Source of the DNA: Ramazzottius varieornatus
Taxonomy: Eukaryota; Animalia; Tardigrada
Reading direction: 5' to 3'
Length of the DNA: 64,000 nucleotides
Assembly (NCBI GenBank): GCA_001949185.1
Contig: BDGG01000010.1
Coordinates: 1,187,773-1,251,772, forward strand
How positions within the stretch are numbered: the first letter of the stretch is position 1; every line of letters starts with the position of its first letter. The notes under the pieces are model-generated. The model saw nothing but the letters and a program-made list of their open reading frames with translations, did no database searches and was not told the DNA's origin. Made by a program: the position numbers and the translations under genes. Shown here in pieces: positions 13,701 to 24,526 of the stretch.

Positions 13701-13917
13701 GGTCAAGTCTACGGAGAAGGAAGTGGAAGAAACAGGGACGATCATCCAATCAAGACATGTCCGACCTTCCCTGCCGGTGAAGCAAGACCAAAGGCCGGTA
13801 ATCAACGAACGTGTGAGACCAGCGTCCTTTTACGAAAGAGTCAGGCTTGATGACCGTGATTACTTCGATGGCCGCTTCGTCAGACCGGAAGTGGCTTACT
13901 ACCAGTTTCGCAGCTAG
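10747..13917 (+). CDS. PTB/PID-domain adaptor protein with long disordered C-terminus (multi-exon, invertebrate uncharacterised family)
   Basis: Spliced N-terminus SYYVCFIGAKES…KITLQ|VSNKGLKIL…KHFVPHHCITC…LLIF|NPQTRCPVHIHVYRCDS…AAYLTQQL has the PTB signature (Y.V.F.G; V.L.VS..G.K; H.Y.C followed by a helix). Exons start near 10747, 11849, 12126, 12485 and 13427/13448; TAG at 13915-17. Confidence 0.75.
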
Positions 13918-16900
13918 ATCCTTGGTTCTTTTTCCTGAATCACCCTTTCTCTTGAATTCTTAATGTGTGGCTTGTGAAAGAAAGCGTTATACCGTGACGA
14001 CCTACCCAGTCTTTCCAGAAATTTCTGGAACATCCGGATAAGGCGAGAAACTTTAATCACGAGATGAGGAAGAATCTTTAAGCTTCGAGGAACCTAGTAT
14101 CGAAATTCTTAGAAGGTCCTGGATTTTCTCGATCTGGTTGACCTTAACGGGAGGTTCTGAAGGCGATGTGGGTGTTTAGAAAATGCAGTTTGTGGATCGT
14201 TCTTGAGCTTTTTAACAGGAAAGAATGCTGTAGTGCCATTTTTCTCGTTCTCACGCTCTAGAACTTTCAAAGTGGTATCTCATAGCTGCAAACGAACCTT
14301 AATTACATGTTTCTGCCAACACGTCCGAAGTTTGAATTTTCCTTTCCGACTGATTACGGGTTTAGTGTTTTCTACTGGTGCAACGCCGACTTTGAACTGC
14401 ATGACTTCAAGATGTGTTGACGATGTAACAGTGCAGGCTTTTTTACTGGCTTCCAGATGATAAAAAACCGGTTTATGTTGATGTTCGTGCAGGCTTCATT
14501 ACCGCTGTTTGAACTTTCACTTACAGGCAATTATTTGAAGGCACCAAAAGGCTATATTTAGTCTGTCGATTGTTATCGCAATCACGTTTAGCTCATAAAA
14601 AAAAAACCAGCGACGGCAGTGAGTGTTAAAACATTTGATGGAAAGTCTTTCATAAGAGGGTTCTTGAAGTATACAGCGGTTGTATCCAGGGTTGAAAGGT
14701 CCAGTGCACATAAAAGCAGTTAATTTAGTCGCCCACGTGTGGCAGCTTTTTGTGTTCCTGATCAAACGATGGGTGTTTCACACTAAGCGCTGATTTACTT
14801 CCGGTAGACTCCGGTAGAAAAATCAGACTGTCGAAGGGTTAGCATTACGAGATTTTGTTGACTATGGAACAACCCGTACTCAAGCTCTCACGCTCCTGCA
14901 CACAGGTGCTTCGGCCATACTGCGACCCCTTGTATGCTGGTGCGTGAAACGGTCGTTCAGGTTTCACGCTGACCGTCGTAGGCCTGCGTACGTGGAGTCG
15001 TGGACCCACGTGCTTAACCGGGCAGCTGTATGAATGTGGGCGATATTCACGTTAGCTTCTGACTGCTTCCAGACGAGGCCGTCATGCACATGCATCCAAA
15101 GACTCATGATGTTTAACCGGCCACCCGTATGCGTGTGTCTGATGTCTCCAAGATAGCTTTCGATAGGCGACGGTTTGCTTTGGTGGAGACCATTTCACTT
15201 GGGCGGAAAGACTGAGTAAGAACAGTCTGTCAAGATGTTGACATCAGCGGTTCTCTCTTCTTGATTAAAGAGCTCAAGTGGTAGTCCGACAGACTACAGA
15301 AAGGAAAATTGTAATGCGTAATGCCGATAGCCTACTGTGCACAAATGCGCTCAGCTATCTTTCTACTCAATTAAACTTTCTTTCGCGCCTGTAAAGTGCC
15401 TCAAGATCTGTCAATTCTAATGTTGAAACTGCAGAAAATATGCCAACGTACGAAAAAAAGTGATTACATTTTCTGTCTTTCAAACACAAACAAGATGACT
15501 TATCCCACGGACTTTCTTGATCAAGAGAAGAAGCCGACCAATCAACTTGATAGCAACTAATTGCATTCCACTTCTAACAATTGCTTCTCATTAAATAGTG
15601 CGTAGAAGTCGCAGGTTGTTTTGTCTAACAAACAATACTTGCAGACGTTAAAATAACCGGTGTGATATTCGACCGCACATAGGCTCTTCAGAGCTCAAAC
15701 GATTCAGAGCGTTCGCCCTGAAATTTTTCCTGTTCAAACGATTTAATTGAAACGTTATCAACTTGAAGCTTTTGTCGCCTTGATCTCGATGATTGACACG
15801 ACGCAATTCCTGTTGATATTTGCATCTACTCGTATTCTGACTCAGAACAAAACATTCAGAAAATAATTCGAAAATGGGAGCTGGGCGAATAAAACGTGCA
15901 AGATGGCTCACGCTTCCAGCCCAAAACAATGAGAACGAGCGTTACTTAAGATGTTCATCCTTTACGTTTTTTTGCCCAGCTTCAAAACAGCCTTCTCCTC
16001 TTAATCACACAGCTAGTCGCGAAAGCCTTTTTCTCGAGCCCCATCATTACTAATTTGGATTTTGTATAAGAGAGAATTTCCGGGTTGAAGGTCGAGCGGC
16101 GTGGGTTTTTCGCCTTTCTTTGCGATCGAAACGTCATAACGTATACTCATAATTAAGCTTGTCATGTTTTCCCTCAACAAATGGATCAGATCCGTGCGTA
16201 GACTTTATGTTTTCCGCCAACATCTTCTGCAAAAGCTAAATCCGGAATAAGTACCGCACCGCGAATAATTGAACACATTGGCTGCCATTCATTAGGGTTA
16301 ATGTGTGTCTTGTGTTGACGAAGAACCTCAATCGCCCACGAACCCTACGTCAAAGCATATTTAAGCCTGTCGCCATTCTGCAAGGCTTAGCCAGATATTT
16401 CTTAAATTCTGTCCGACATGTCAGATCGTTGGCAAGTGCTAAATCAGCTTCAGGATTAAATTCCACATGTCAAAAGACTACCTGCTGTTACAGAAAAGCC
16501 TTCCGTGTAAAAATGACACAATACAAACTTTGCTGTTCGTTCCACGTAAACTGATCGTCTCCTAGCTAACAACACATCTCGTGATATTTTCCACCGTTTC
16601 CCCTGCGGGCATCTCTACTCTATAAATAAACGAGTACCATTGTTCGCCTATTGCCGGAAGACCCTCTTATGCTGATGACGCATCGGCAGTAAAACCTCAG
16701 AAAGTTTCTTCTGTCAGGTAAAAGTATATACCGGTATTCACACTATCGGAGGTGTGTCTTCACTTATTTGGAGGACTCAAAGTGTTTATCAACAATGCAC
16801 TCCATTCACGCACTTGTCAAACCATACCGGCTTATACACACGGTACATTATGCGCGTGAGGCCTCTGACGAAGCTGAAGAAAGAAAATTGATGAGCAAAT

Positions 16901-18056
16901 ACATCAGCGGCTATTTCCGTTCTTACACGTTACTCATACCCAAAGAAGAGCCGCTGCGACAGGCTTATTTAATCGCATAACCAATAAAAGTCCTCGATTG
17001 AAGGCAAATACTGATGCGTCAAGGGTATTACATGCACAACAAACTGTCTTCTTCGGAAGGGCCTCGACTGAGTCGCTAGCTTTTTTGCGTTAGCGGATGG
17101 CACTTCAAAGGCAGTCGTTGTGAAAGGAGAAAAGTCCATCATTTCTTTCTCACTTCGTGCTTGTCAGATTGTACCGCAGTGGAATCCCCAAAAGTCAATA
17201 AACGAGGAAGACTCCATAACACTGATATTGCGACAGCCATATTCGATCAGCAGTCCATTACTACCGGCTTTTACTACACAATCTCTTCCCTGTTGTGTGC
17301 CGGAGTACTACAGTACTGTATCGGTTTTTCCCGGACAATAATTGGTTGCACCACTTCCTTCACGGATCGTCAGGCCGGCGTACCAGCCGCCACACCACCA
17401 GCCGGCCTCGAGTGCCAATGAGATAAAGCCACCATTGTTGTTGGTAAGTGTACGGAGGCGGTCTGCATGTTGATGTGTTTATGTGAAGGTAGACATTTTC
17501 CATCCATCATCCATACAAGACTAAACTTTACACTTTGGCCTGCCTGTAGGCGGTTTCCCGTTGTTCACTCCGGAAAGGCGGAGCGCTCTTTGTGCACCAC
17601 CGGGTGTGCGTCTACTGTACATTCTTTGTCTAACTGACGTACATTTACGTCATCCCAGGCTGCGCAGTACCGAATTACGTCGACCAATCAGGACATTGGA
17701 TTTCTGCCAGCTGTAAACCGACCCAGAGGCAGAGTGCACATTTTGCGGCTGCACTTCGGCGTATTCACTTCTCGGCCAGTAATTCGTTCGCCACTTCCTG
17801 CATTGTATCCGCTGTTATTTGCGGCAGCTGACTGTGCCATTGATTAGGCAGGAAATCTTTCATTTTAAAATTCATCATTACGTCGCGTGCAGCCCCTCAT
17901 AAATATTTCATCTCCATCGCCGCCGCGGATTTTGACATGACATTGCCAAGTGTCTAAAGACAACCCTATCTTCCAGCCTTTACAGCCCATTTGTGGCTGT
18001 ACATGTGCCAGCATTGGCTAGTCGTTCCGCTTCGGATAAGCTAATGTTCTTTGGCA

Positions 18057-19214
18057 ATGCATATTTATCGTGAAATTTCATCGGCACAAGTCAAGCGCTC
18101 CGACTCGACGGCTGGTCTTAACACTAACAACTCCTCGCACGTCAATGGTCCAGTGGTGCCCACGAGGACCTCTAGCTTGAACATGCCTGACAAGTCCAAG
18201 AACTCTTCGTCCTCTTCGAACCAAGTACCCGTGGACCTATACGAACGGTACCTACGAACCGCCTATAACCCTAACATTGACCCTTGGATTTCTACTTTAT
18301 CCATTTCCGACCAGAAGGAAAATGCCAACCACAGCAAACCCTCGACGCGAGGCTTCGGCGATTTCTACGGTGGAACTCTGCGTGATAGTCTCCGCAAGCT
18401 GAGCGGTCGTTCACGCGCATTGTCACCCTCCAACAAAGGCAACAGCAACAATGTTATGCATATCAACATTCCTCCCAACAGCGCTGCAGATTCACGTGTG
18501 GTCGCCGATCGTGAAAACGGAAGGTCTCGGCCACCGTTCAGACTGCTGAATCGCGGACGATCAAATAGCTTCAAGGAAAACAACCGTAACAGCAATGGCT
18601 GGATTAACGTTGGCCCGGAACTGTCAATCAAGCCAGCACCCGCCAACCACAGCAACCTTCAGCCTGTGATCAATGTAACCATTGTTAATGGGCTCAATGG
18701 TCAGCAACAGTCAACAACCCTCCAACCGACCATTCCCGAGCCGGATTACCACAATGCACCGGAAAAGATTAGCGGCAATGGCAGCCTGACCGTCCAATCA
18801 CCAGGAAATACAAAGACCTTACCGCCTGTATCGTCCTCTGGAATGTACGATGGTGGGGCATTGAGAGCGAGGAATGGGTACAGATATGGAAGTTTCCGCG
18901 AACCTTCAAACCGCTACCGTCAACAAGGTGCCCTCAATTCCGTAAGTTCCCCACCGAATCCCGAGCTATACCTCGCGAACCCACTTCCTTCTCCACCACA
19001 AGAAAAGTCCAAGCTATCTACCCTACTGTCAAGAAGAAGTACCAGTTTGTCCAGAACACCATCACAGCCAGTGATGCGAACACCATCGGTTCGTCGCGCC
19101 ACTTCCCCAGAGCCACTGAAACCCGCCCTGAAAAAGAGGACTCAATCGCAAACCGGTCTCAACAGGAAGAAGAGCGTAACGTTCTCAGATTACACCACCG
19201 TCTATTCCACCTGA
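18057..19214 (+). CDS. Single-exon S/N/P-rich disordered protein with a C-terminal RVxF-like motif
   Basis: Uninterrupted ORF of about 385 codons, low complexity, ending PALKKRTQSQTGLNRKKSVTFSDYTTVYST*. Start could be ATG 18057 or 18183. Confidence 0.65.
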   Translation: MHIYREISSAQVKRSDSTAGLNTNNSSHVNGPVVPTRTSSLNMPDKSKNSSSSSNQVPVDLYERYLRTAYNPNIDPWISTLSISDQKENANHSKPSTRGFGDFYGGTLRDSLRKLSGRSRALSPSNKGNSNNVMHINIPPNSAADSRVVADRENGRSRPPFRLLNRGRSNSFKENNRNSNGWINVGPELSIKPAPANHSNLQPVINVTIVNGLNGQQQSTTLQPTIPEPDYHNAPEKISGNGSLTVQSPGNTKTLPPVSSSGMYDGGALRARNGYRYGSFREPSNRYRQQGALNSVSSPPNPELYLANPLPSPPQEKSKLSTLLSRRSTSLSRTPSQPVMRTPSVRRATSPEPLKPALKKRTQSQTGLNRKKSVTFSDYTTVYST

Positions 19215-20826
19215 ATGAACGGATATCGCGTACATACAACAATAAGACCCATTGTTACGTCACCGCGAGTTAGAACGTTTGATGGCTTTCTCTCTTTCAT
19301 TGTGATGGAAATTTTCAAACACTATTGTAATTATCATTCATGAATATCAAGTGAACAGTTAAACAGCATTTTTGGTTGCTCGTTCCTACTGCTAGCTCAC
19401 CATATCATTACCACTTTTATTCTGTCGTAATGGCCACTACACTTTTGTATATAAATCATCAAGTTCGCCGCGATCGACGCTGATGACGCGGTCTTTCTGC
19501 GTAACGCACTAGAGCATATCAGCCGAAAAAACCTTCGAATTGCACCGTACATGAGACGTCGGCAAATCAACTAAGCTAGATCGTTACCTCACGTGGCGGA
19601 CGTTTTCATTGTTATTGGCTGAAAGTGTGCGCCACTTGGGAGAACCAATCTGCTTTGAATCATTTGCCCACGTCCCGCATGTTATTGCTTTACTGTGTTT
19701 TTCCGCAAGCGAGGCATTCCTGTCATTTCGATAGTTCATGTGACTTGTGTCAATCCACGAGAGTGGTGCGACTTGTCTTTATTGGCCAGGGACCTACAAC
19801 GGAAACCCATTAATCTCCGGGCATCTCCACCCGCCATAAAACGGAAAACCCTCTGGAATATTGCTATGAAAGCCACATTCCATCATATCAGTGTAGTTTT
19901 AAACTGCCCGTATTCGGTCGAAAATGTTCAACCTTGACTCATCGAGGAACGGACAAACAGAAAAGACACAATCCGCGCCGGACAAACAGACAGTGTAACA
20001 AGGGCGTCACTATTGCCACACACTGCATAATTTAGCACTGAGAGTTTGCTGTTCGTGACAAAAGCTGGGTGGTTCCTGGTAACACATTTGAGCCCATGAA
20101 ATTTTGAGAAACTGCGTACCGTACCATGAATGAATGAACATCTTTTAGTTCCAATTTTCGTATTAATTTCACACATTGAAGTCCAAAGAAATTTTCCAAA
20201 GAAGAAATTCCATGCATATTAAGTTTTCTCGTGGAGCTTCTGACTCATGGTCATGTGCAACAACAATCGCTTCTTATGAGTTTCGCAAAGTGATTGAATT
20301 AGTAAGGAATAAATCGAATTTGAACTAACGAAATGCTGTTTTGGAATATTTTGAAGCGGTTAGTTTTCCCTGATCTCTGTGCATTAATCAGATCGGCAAG
20401 ATACACAAATCTGAGAACCCGTGACGGATATTGATGTTTACACCAAGCCTGTATTCCGGGAAGTATCTCGCTGTTGGTAATATTATTTGGGGTGAGAATA
20501 GGAAAACATTAAGCTCTTCACGATCATGACGAAAACCGAATTTATTTACCGGTGTTAATTTGGCAGCAGGAAATTTTTTAGCGCTAGAGTCCATGCAGCC
20601 ATCTCTCCAGAGAGACCGAAGACAAAAAGCGGAGTTTCGAAAACAATAAACGAAATCAATAAGCTGAGTTTTTTGTGGGAGAGAACAGTCGCGTATGAGA
20701 AACACTCTACCACAGACTTTAATATGGATGAATAGAAAAGCTCTTCGTAGAGTATCACATCGTAGAGTAAGAAGTTGCCGATAGCTTGTCTTGCTATGAT
20801 CAAGCCACTCGCAATCAGGATCACAG

Positions 20827-22115
20827 TCACTTCGAACCAGTCTTGGCAGAGTAGTCTTCGAGGATATCTGCCACGTGCTCGTTGTGCTTCGGAACGAACT
20901 TCCCCCCTCGCGGGCCTCTCTTTCCGCGTTTCTTTCCAACCGGCTGGAAAACAAAGTCAACACTAGAGTCAGTCCAGACTTCGGTAAGATGGGGCAAACA
21001 ACTCAGCTACATCAATCAGTACAGAATCCCGAGACTTACCGCTAGCTTTTGCTCGTTCTTGATGAACGAAAACCCATGCTTACTCAGGTACTCGGATATC
21101 TTCTTGTCGTCCAGGCCTTCCACTGGCTGAGATCGCCACAACTTGATAATATCATCGCTCATCTCGATGGCGACGGTGGGATCTTTGAAGAAGACAACCT
21201 GTCCTCGGCCACGTTCACCTTTGGTCTGGATCACGTTGGCTTTCAACTCCTATAAACCAACTTCGACGTTTTACAAACTACTGTTCCTCTGTTTGAAACT
21301 CGCGTTTAATGATACGTCGAAAGGGGTATACGAACTGACCTCTAAAACCTTCTGAGCGTGAGGCAGAGATTCTTCGATCTCATCCATGAAGACACCACCG
21401 GTTCCTTGTACGTGGCGTTGTTCCAACAGACGCAACAACCCCTTCTTATCTTTAATGTCGAAGGAAGGCTTATAGATGAATTTCCCACCTCCAATATCAG
21501 TAATTTTCGGGTTCTTAGGAAGTGCCTATAGAACCATTTGTTAGCTATCAGCAGCTTGCACTGTAGCCTAACCTCGTACCGGCGGTACCTCTGAAAGAAG
21601 CCACGACTTTATTCTCGGTGTAACTTCGTATTGTTTTGTCTCCTCTAGCATTTCATCCAGCGTAAGTCCAAAGTCTTCCCCGGAAAGATGTCGTGACTAA
21701 AAAGAAGTAAATTGCTTGAGCGAATAGCTTCGATCTGTTAACTGAAAGCAAATCACGGATCATCAGTCCTTACCCGCATATGTTTGACAAGCTTTGCCAA
21801 AACCACTAACGCAACTCCCGACGCCACTGAACCAGTTTTGTAGTCGAGGACCGTTTTGGCATAGTCTACAAGAAGGAACACGAAACATCAGAATAAGCCT
21901 ATACCGCAGTTACAACCGGAAGTCGACATTGATCATGCAGACTCACACCGTATCTTACCTGTAGGTTTTGATGGTCTTGGCTTCTTGCTCAATGAAGCCG
22001 AGTCTGAGAAAGATGGTGTGGATGCAGACGGTTGAACTTTCCTTTTCTCGACAGCTGGAAGAGCTAATGCCCTTTTCTTAAAGGCTTCCTTCTCGCGCAG
22101 AAGGCTGGGATCCAT
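20827..22115 (-). CDS. GTF2E2: General transcription factor IIE subunit beta (multi-exon)
   Basis: N-terminus MDPSLLREKEAFKKRALALPAVEKRK; internal LPKNPKI, QVVFFKD and LWRSQPVEGLDDKKISEYLSKHG; spliced C-terminus KFVPKHNEHVADILEDYSAKTGSK*. Confidence 0.93.
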
Positions 22116-22678
22116 CCTTGAGTTAACACGGCGAAGTCGCTGAAGTATGTCACAGCTCCGCTTGCTTCCGTGTTGTCCCCTGTTCCAAAAAAATGTCGAT
22201 CTGTCAGATCTGACTGAGATCTGACGCGCAGGAAGACGTAAGACGACAAGAAGACGGGCAAATGATATTCCAGAATCCAGAAAATTTTGTAAACAAAGCG
22301 ATGGAATATGATGTCATACAATACGTCAGAATGAAGTTCGACTCGAGCCATCGGTGTCTGACGGTGCCTCACATCAGCAAAGTAAAGCGTATGCAGTTCA
22401 AACACCGAAGGACGCACCACAAAGTCGTTTTTCTCGAGTGATGCGAAGCCATAGTTCTAATTTCCCCTTCCCTAGTGATTCGAATCCTGAAAACTGCTAC
22501 TCGAGCCGAGCCGGCCCATACGTTTCGCCAGGCTCTAGCTTCCCAGCAATGAGCAATCCCAGCAGCCCAGCTGTGGAAAATCATCCTAAAGTTTTCGCAG
22601 AGTCTCTTCTCGTTTACAGGCTCCAGACGATCTCTATCTTCTTGTCGGTTTATCGTCCAGTGGACTTCCGAAGCAAAG

Positions 22679-24178
22679 ATGGTAAGTGAGAAGTATCATG
22701 CAAAAAGAGGAGCACGAGAGCATGGTTGTCTTTCGCAGGGTATGGTCAAAGTCGTCAAAAACAAGCAGTACTTCAAGCGCTTCCAAGTGAAGCTTCGCCG
22801 TCGCCGAGGTGAGTGAGCCATCCTCTACAACAGTAGTCCTGGTTCTTATCTGGCTAGAAGCAAAGTGGGGTACGGGTCACTCCTACGGGAAGGGGCGCAG
22901 TAGTAGACACTATGGTAGAAGTGAGGATGACATTTGTCTGCTTTACAGAGGGGAAGACCGATTATCAAGCGCGCAAGGGACTTATCCAGCAGGACAAGAA
23001 CAAGTACAACACCCCCAAATACCGACTCGTCGTCCGTTTCACCAACAAGGACATTATCGCTCAGGTATAATTGCTGCCATCCTTGATGATCTGGTGGAGC
23101 TTTCACGAGCTTTGTTCACCTGTAGATCGTATATGCCAAGATCGAAGGCGACAAAGTTCTGTGCTCCGCGTATGCACATGAGCTGCCTCGTTTCGGTATC
23201 AAGTTGGGACTGACCAACTATGCTGCTGCCTACGCGACCGGTCTTCTGTTGGCCAGAAGGGTAAGCCGATTGATCTTCCGTATCATTTCGAACGGAGTGC
23301 GGTGTATTTCGTAATGTGTTTGGTGCGAAAAATTGCAGATACCCTAATTTTATTTTTCGTTTCTGTAGCTTCTGAAGCAGTTGAAGCTCGACAAAATCTA
23401 TGAGGGAACTACGGACGTTACTGGAGAAGAGAGCCACGTCGAGGACGTTGCTGGAAAGCCCGGAGCATTCAAATGCTTCCTCGATGTCGGTCTTGGCCGA
23501 ACCACTACTGGGTCGAAGGTGTTCGCCTGCATGAAGGGTGCTGTCGATGGAGGATTGAACATCCCTCACAGGTATGGATACTTTAAGGCCGACTTAGTGT
23601 TTGATCTTCCAGTATTTTGGTGGACTATTAAGACCAATTTGGCATCGTCTTACAGCAACCGTCGATTTCCGGGGTACGATTCTGAGTCGAAAAAGTTTGA
23701 TGCCGAGATCCACCGAAAGCACATCATGGGTGGCCATGTTGGTAACTACATGAAAGAACTGCAGGACGCTGACGAGGAAGCTTATAAGAAGCAATTTTCT
23801 CGATACCTGGCAGCCGGTGTCACATCTGAAACGGTGAGTTTTTCTCTGGAGCCATGTTCGAACCTCGCAGTTCGACTGTTTCGAATTGTGGTTAATATGG
23901 TGGCTGTTTGTAGATCGAAGGAGTTTACAAGTCAGCTCACGACAACATTAGAGCTAACCCTGCTCCAGAGAAAAAGGAACAGAAACCAAAACCACCCAAG
24001 AACAAACGGTAAGTCCACTTGAAACTGAATCTTTCTTAGTTCATTCTGCTGGCTTATTAATGGAACTTTCGCCTATCTCAGATGGAACAGGAAGAAGCTT
24101 TCTCATGCTGAGGTTGCCAACCGCATTGCCCAGAAGAAGAAAGCCGTTCTGGCTAAGGTTGGAGGTGGCGATGAATAA
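22679..24178 (+). CDS. RPL5: 60S ribosomal protein L5 (uL18), multi-exon
   Basis: ATG|intron|[23 protein letters not shown]|EGKTDY…[23 protein letters not shown]…[18 protein letters not shown]…[30 protein letters not shown]…RRFPGYD. TAA at 24176-78; AATAAA at ~24270. Confidence 0.98.
22819..22935 (+). ncRNA. Candidate intronic ACA-box (H/ACA-like) small RNA in RPL5 intron 2
   Basis: The 140-nt intron is closed by a terminal stem catcctc (22819-25) / gaggatg (22923-29), followed directly by ACA-ttt. Additional tctac/gtaga pairing. No well-placed H box found. Confidence 0.3.
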
Positions 24179-24526
24179 CTTCGCTCCCACTCTTTAACGG
24201 GATTTGGAGACTGTTTAGAACACTCGCTCGACTGGTCGAATTTTCGGCTGTGACTTCTGCCGTTCTGGGAATAAAACAAATTTGGAATACACGCTCTACC
24301 TTTTCGATGGGTTCCTTAAATTCACATGTTCGAAGAAGCGAATCGCGAAGAGAGAGGAAAGCAACAAATTTGAGGTTTACGCAATGTAATGGAGTTGTGA
24401 AGTTTCTTGATAAAGTGACGAAGATTACTTTGATAGCGTTAGAAAACAGTGTACGGTGGGAAGAACTCTAGCTCCACCGTTGAGATAGTCTACGAAAGAG
24501 ACAAGAGACAACCTCGCAAGACATAA

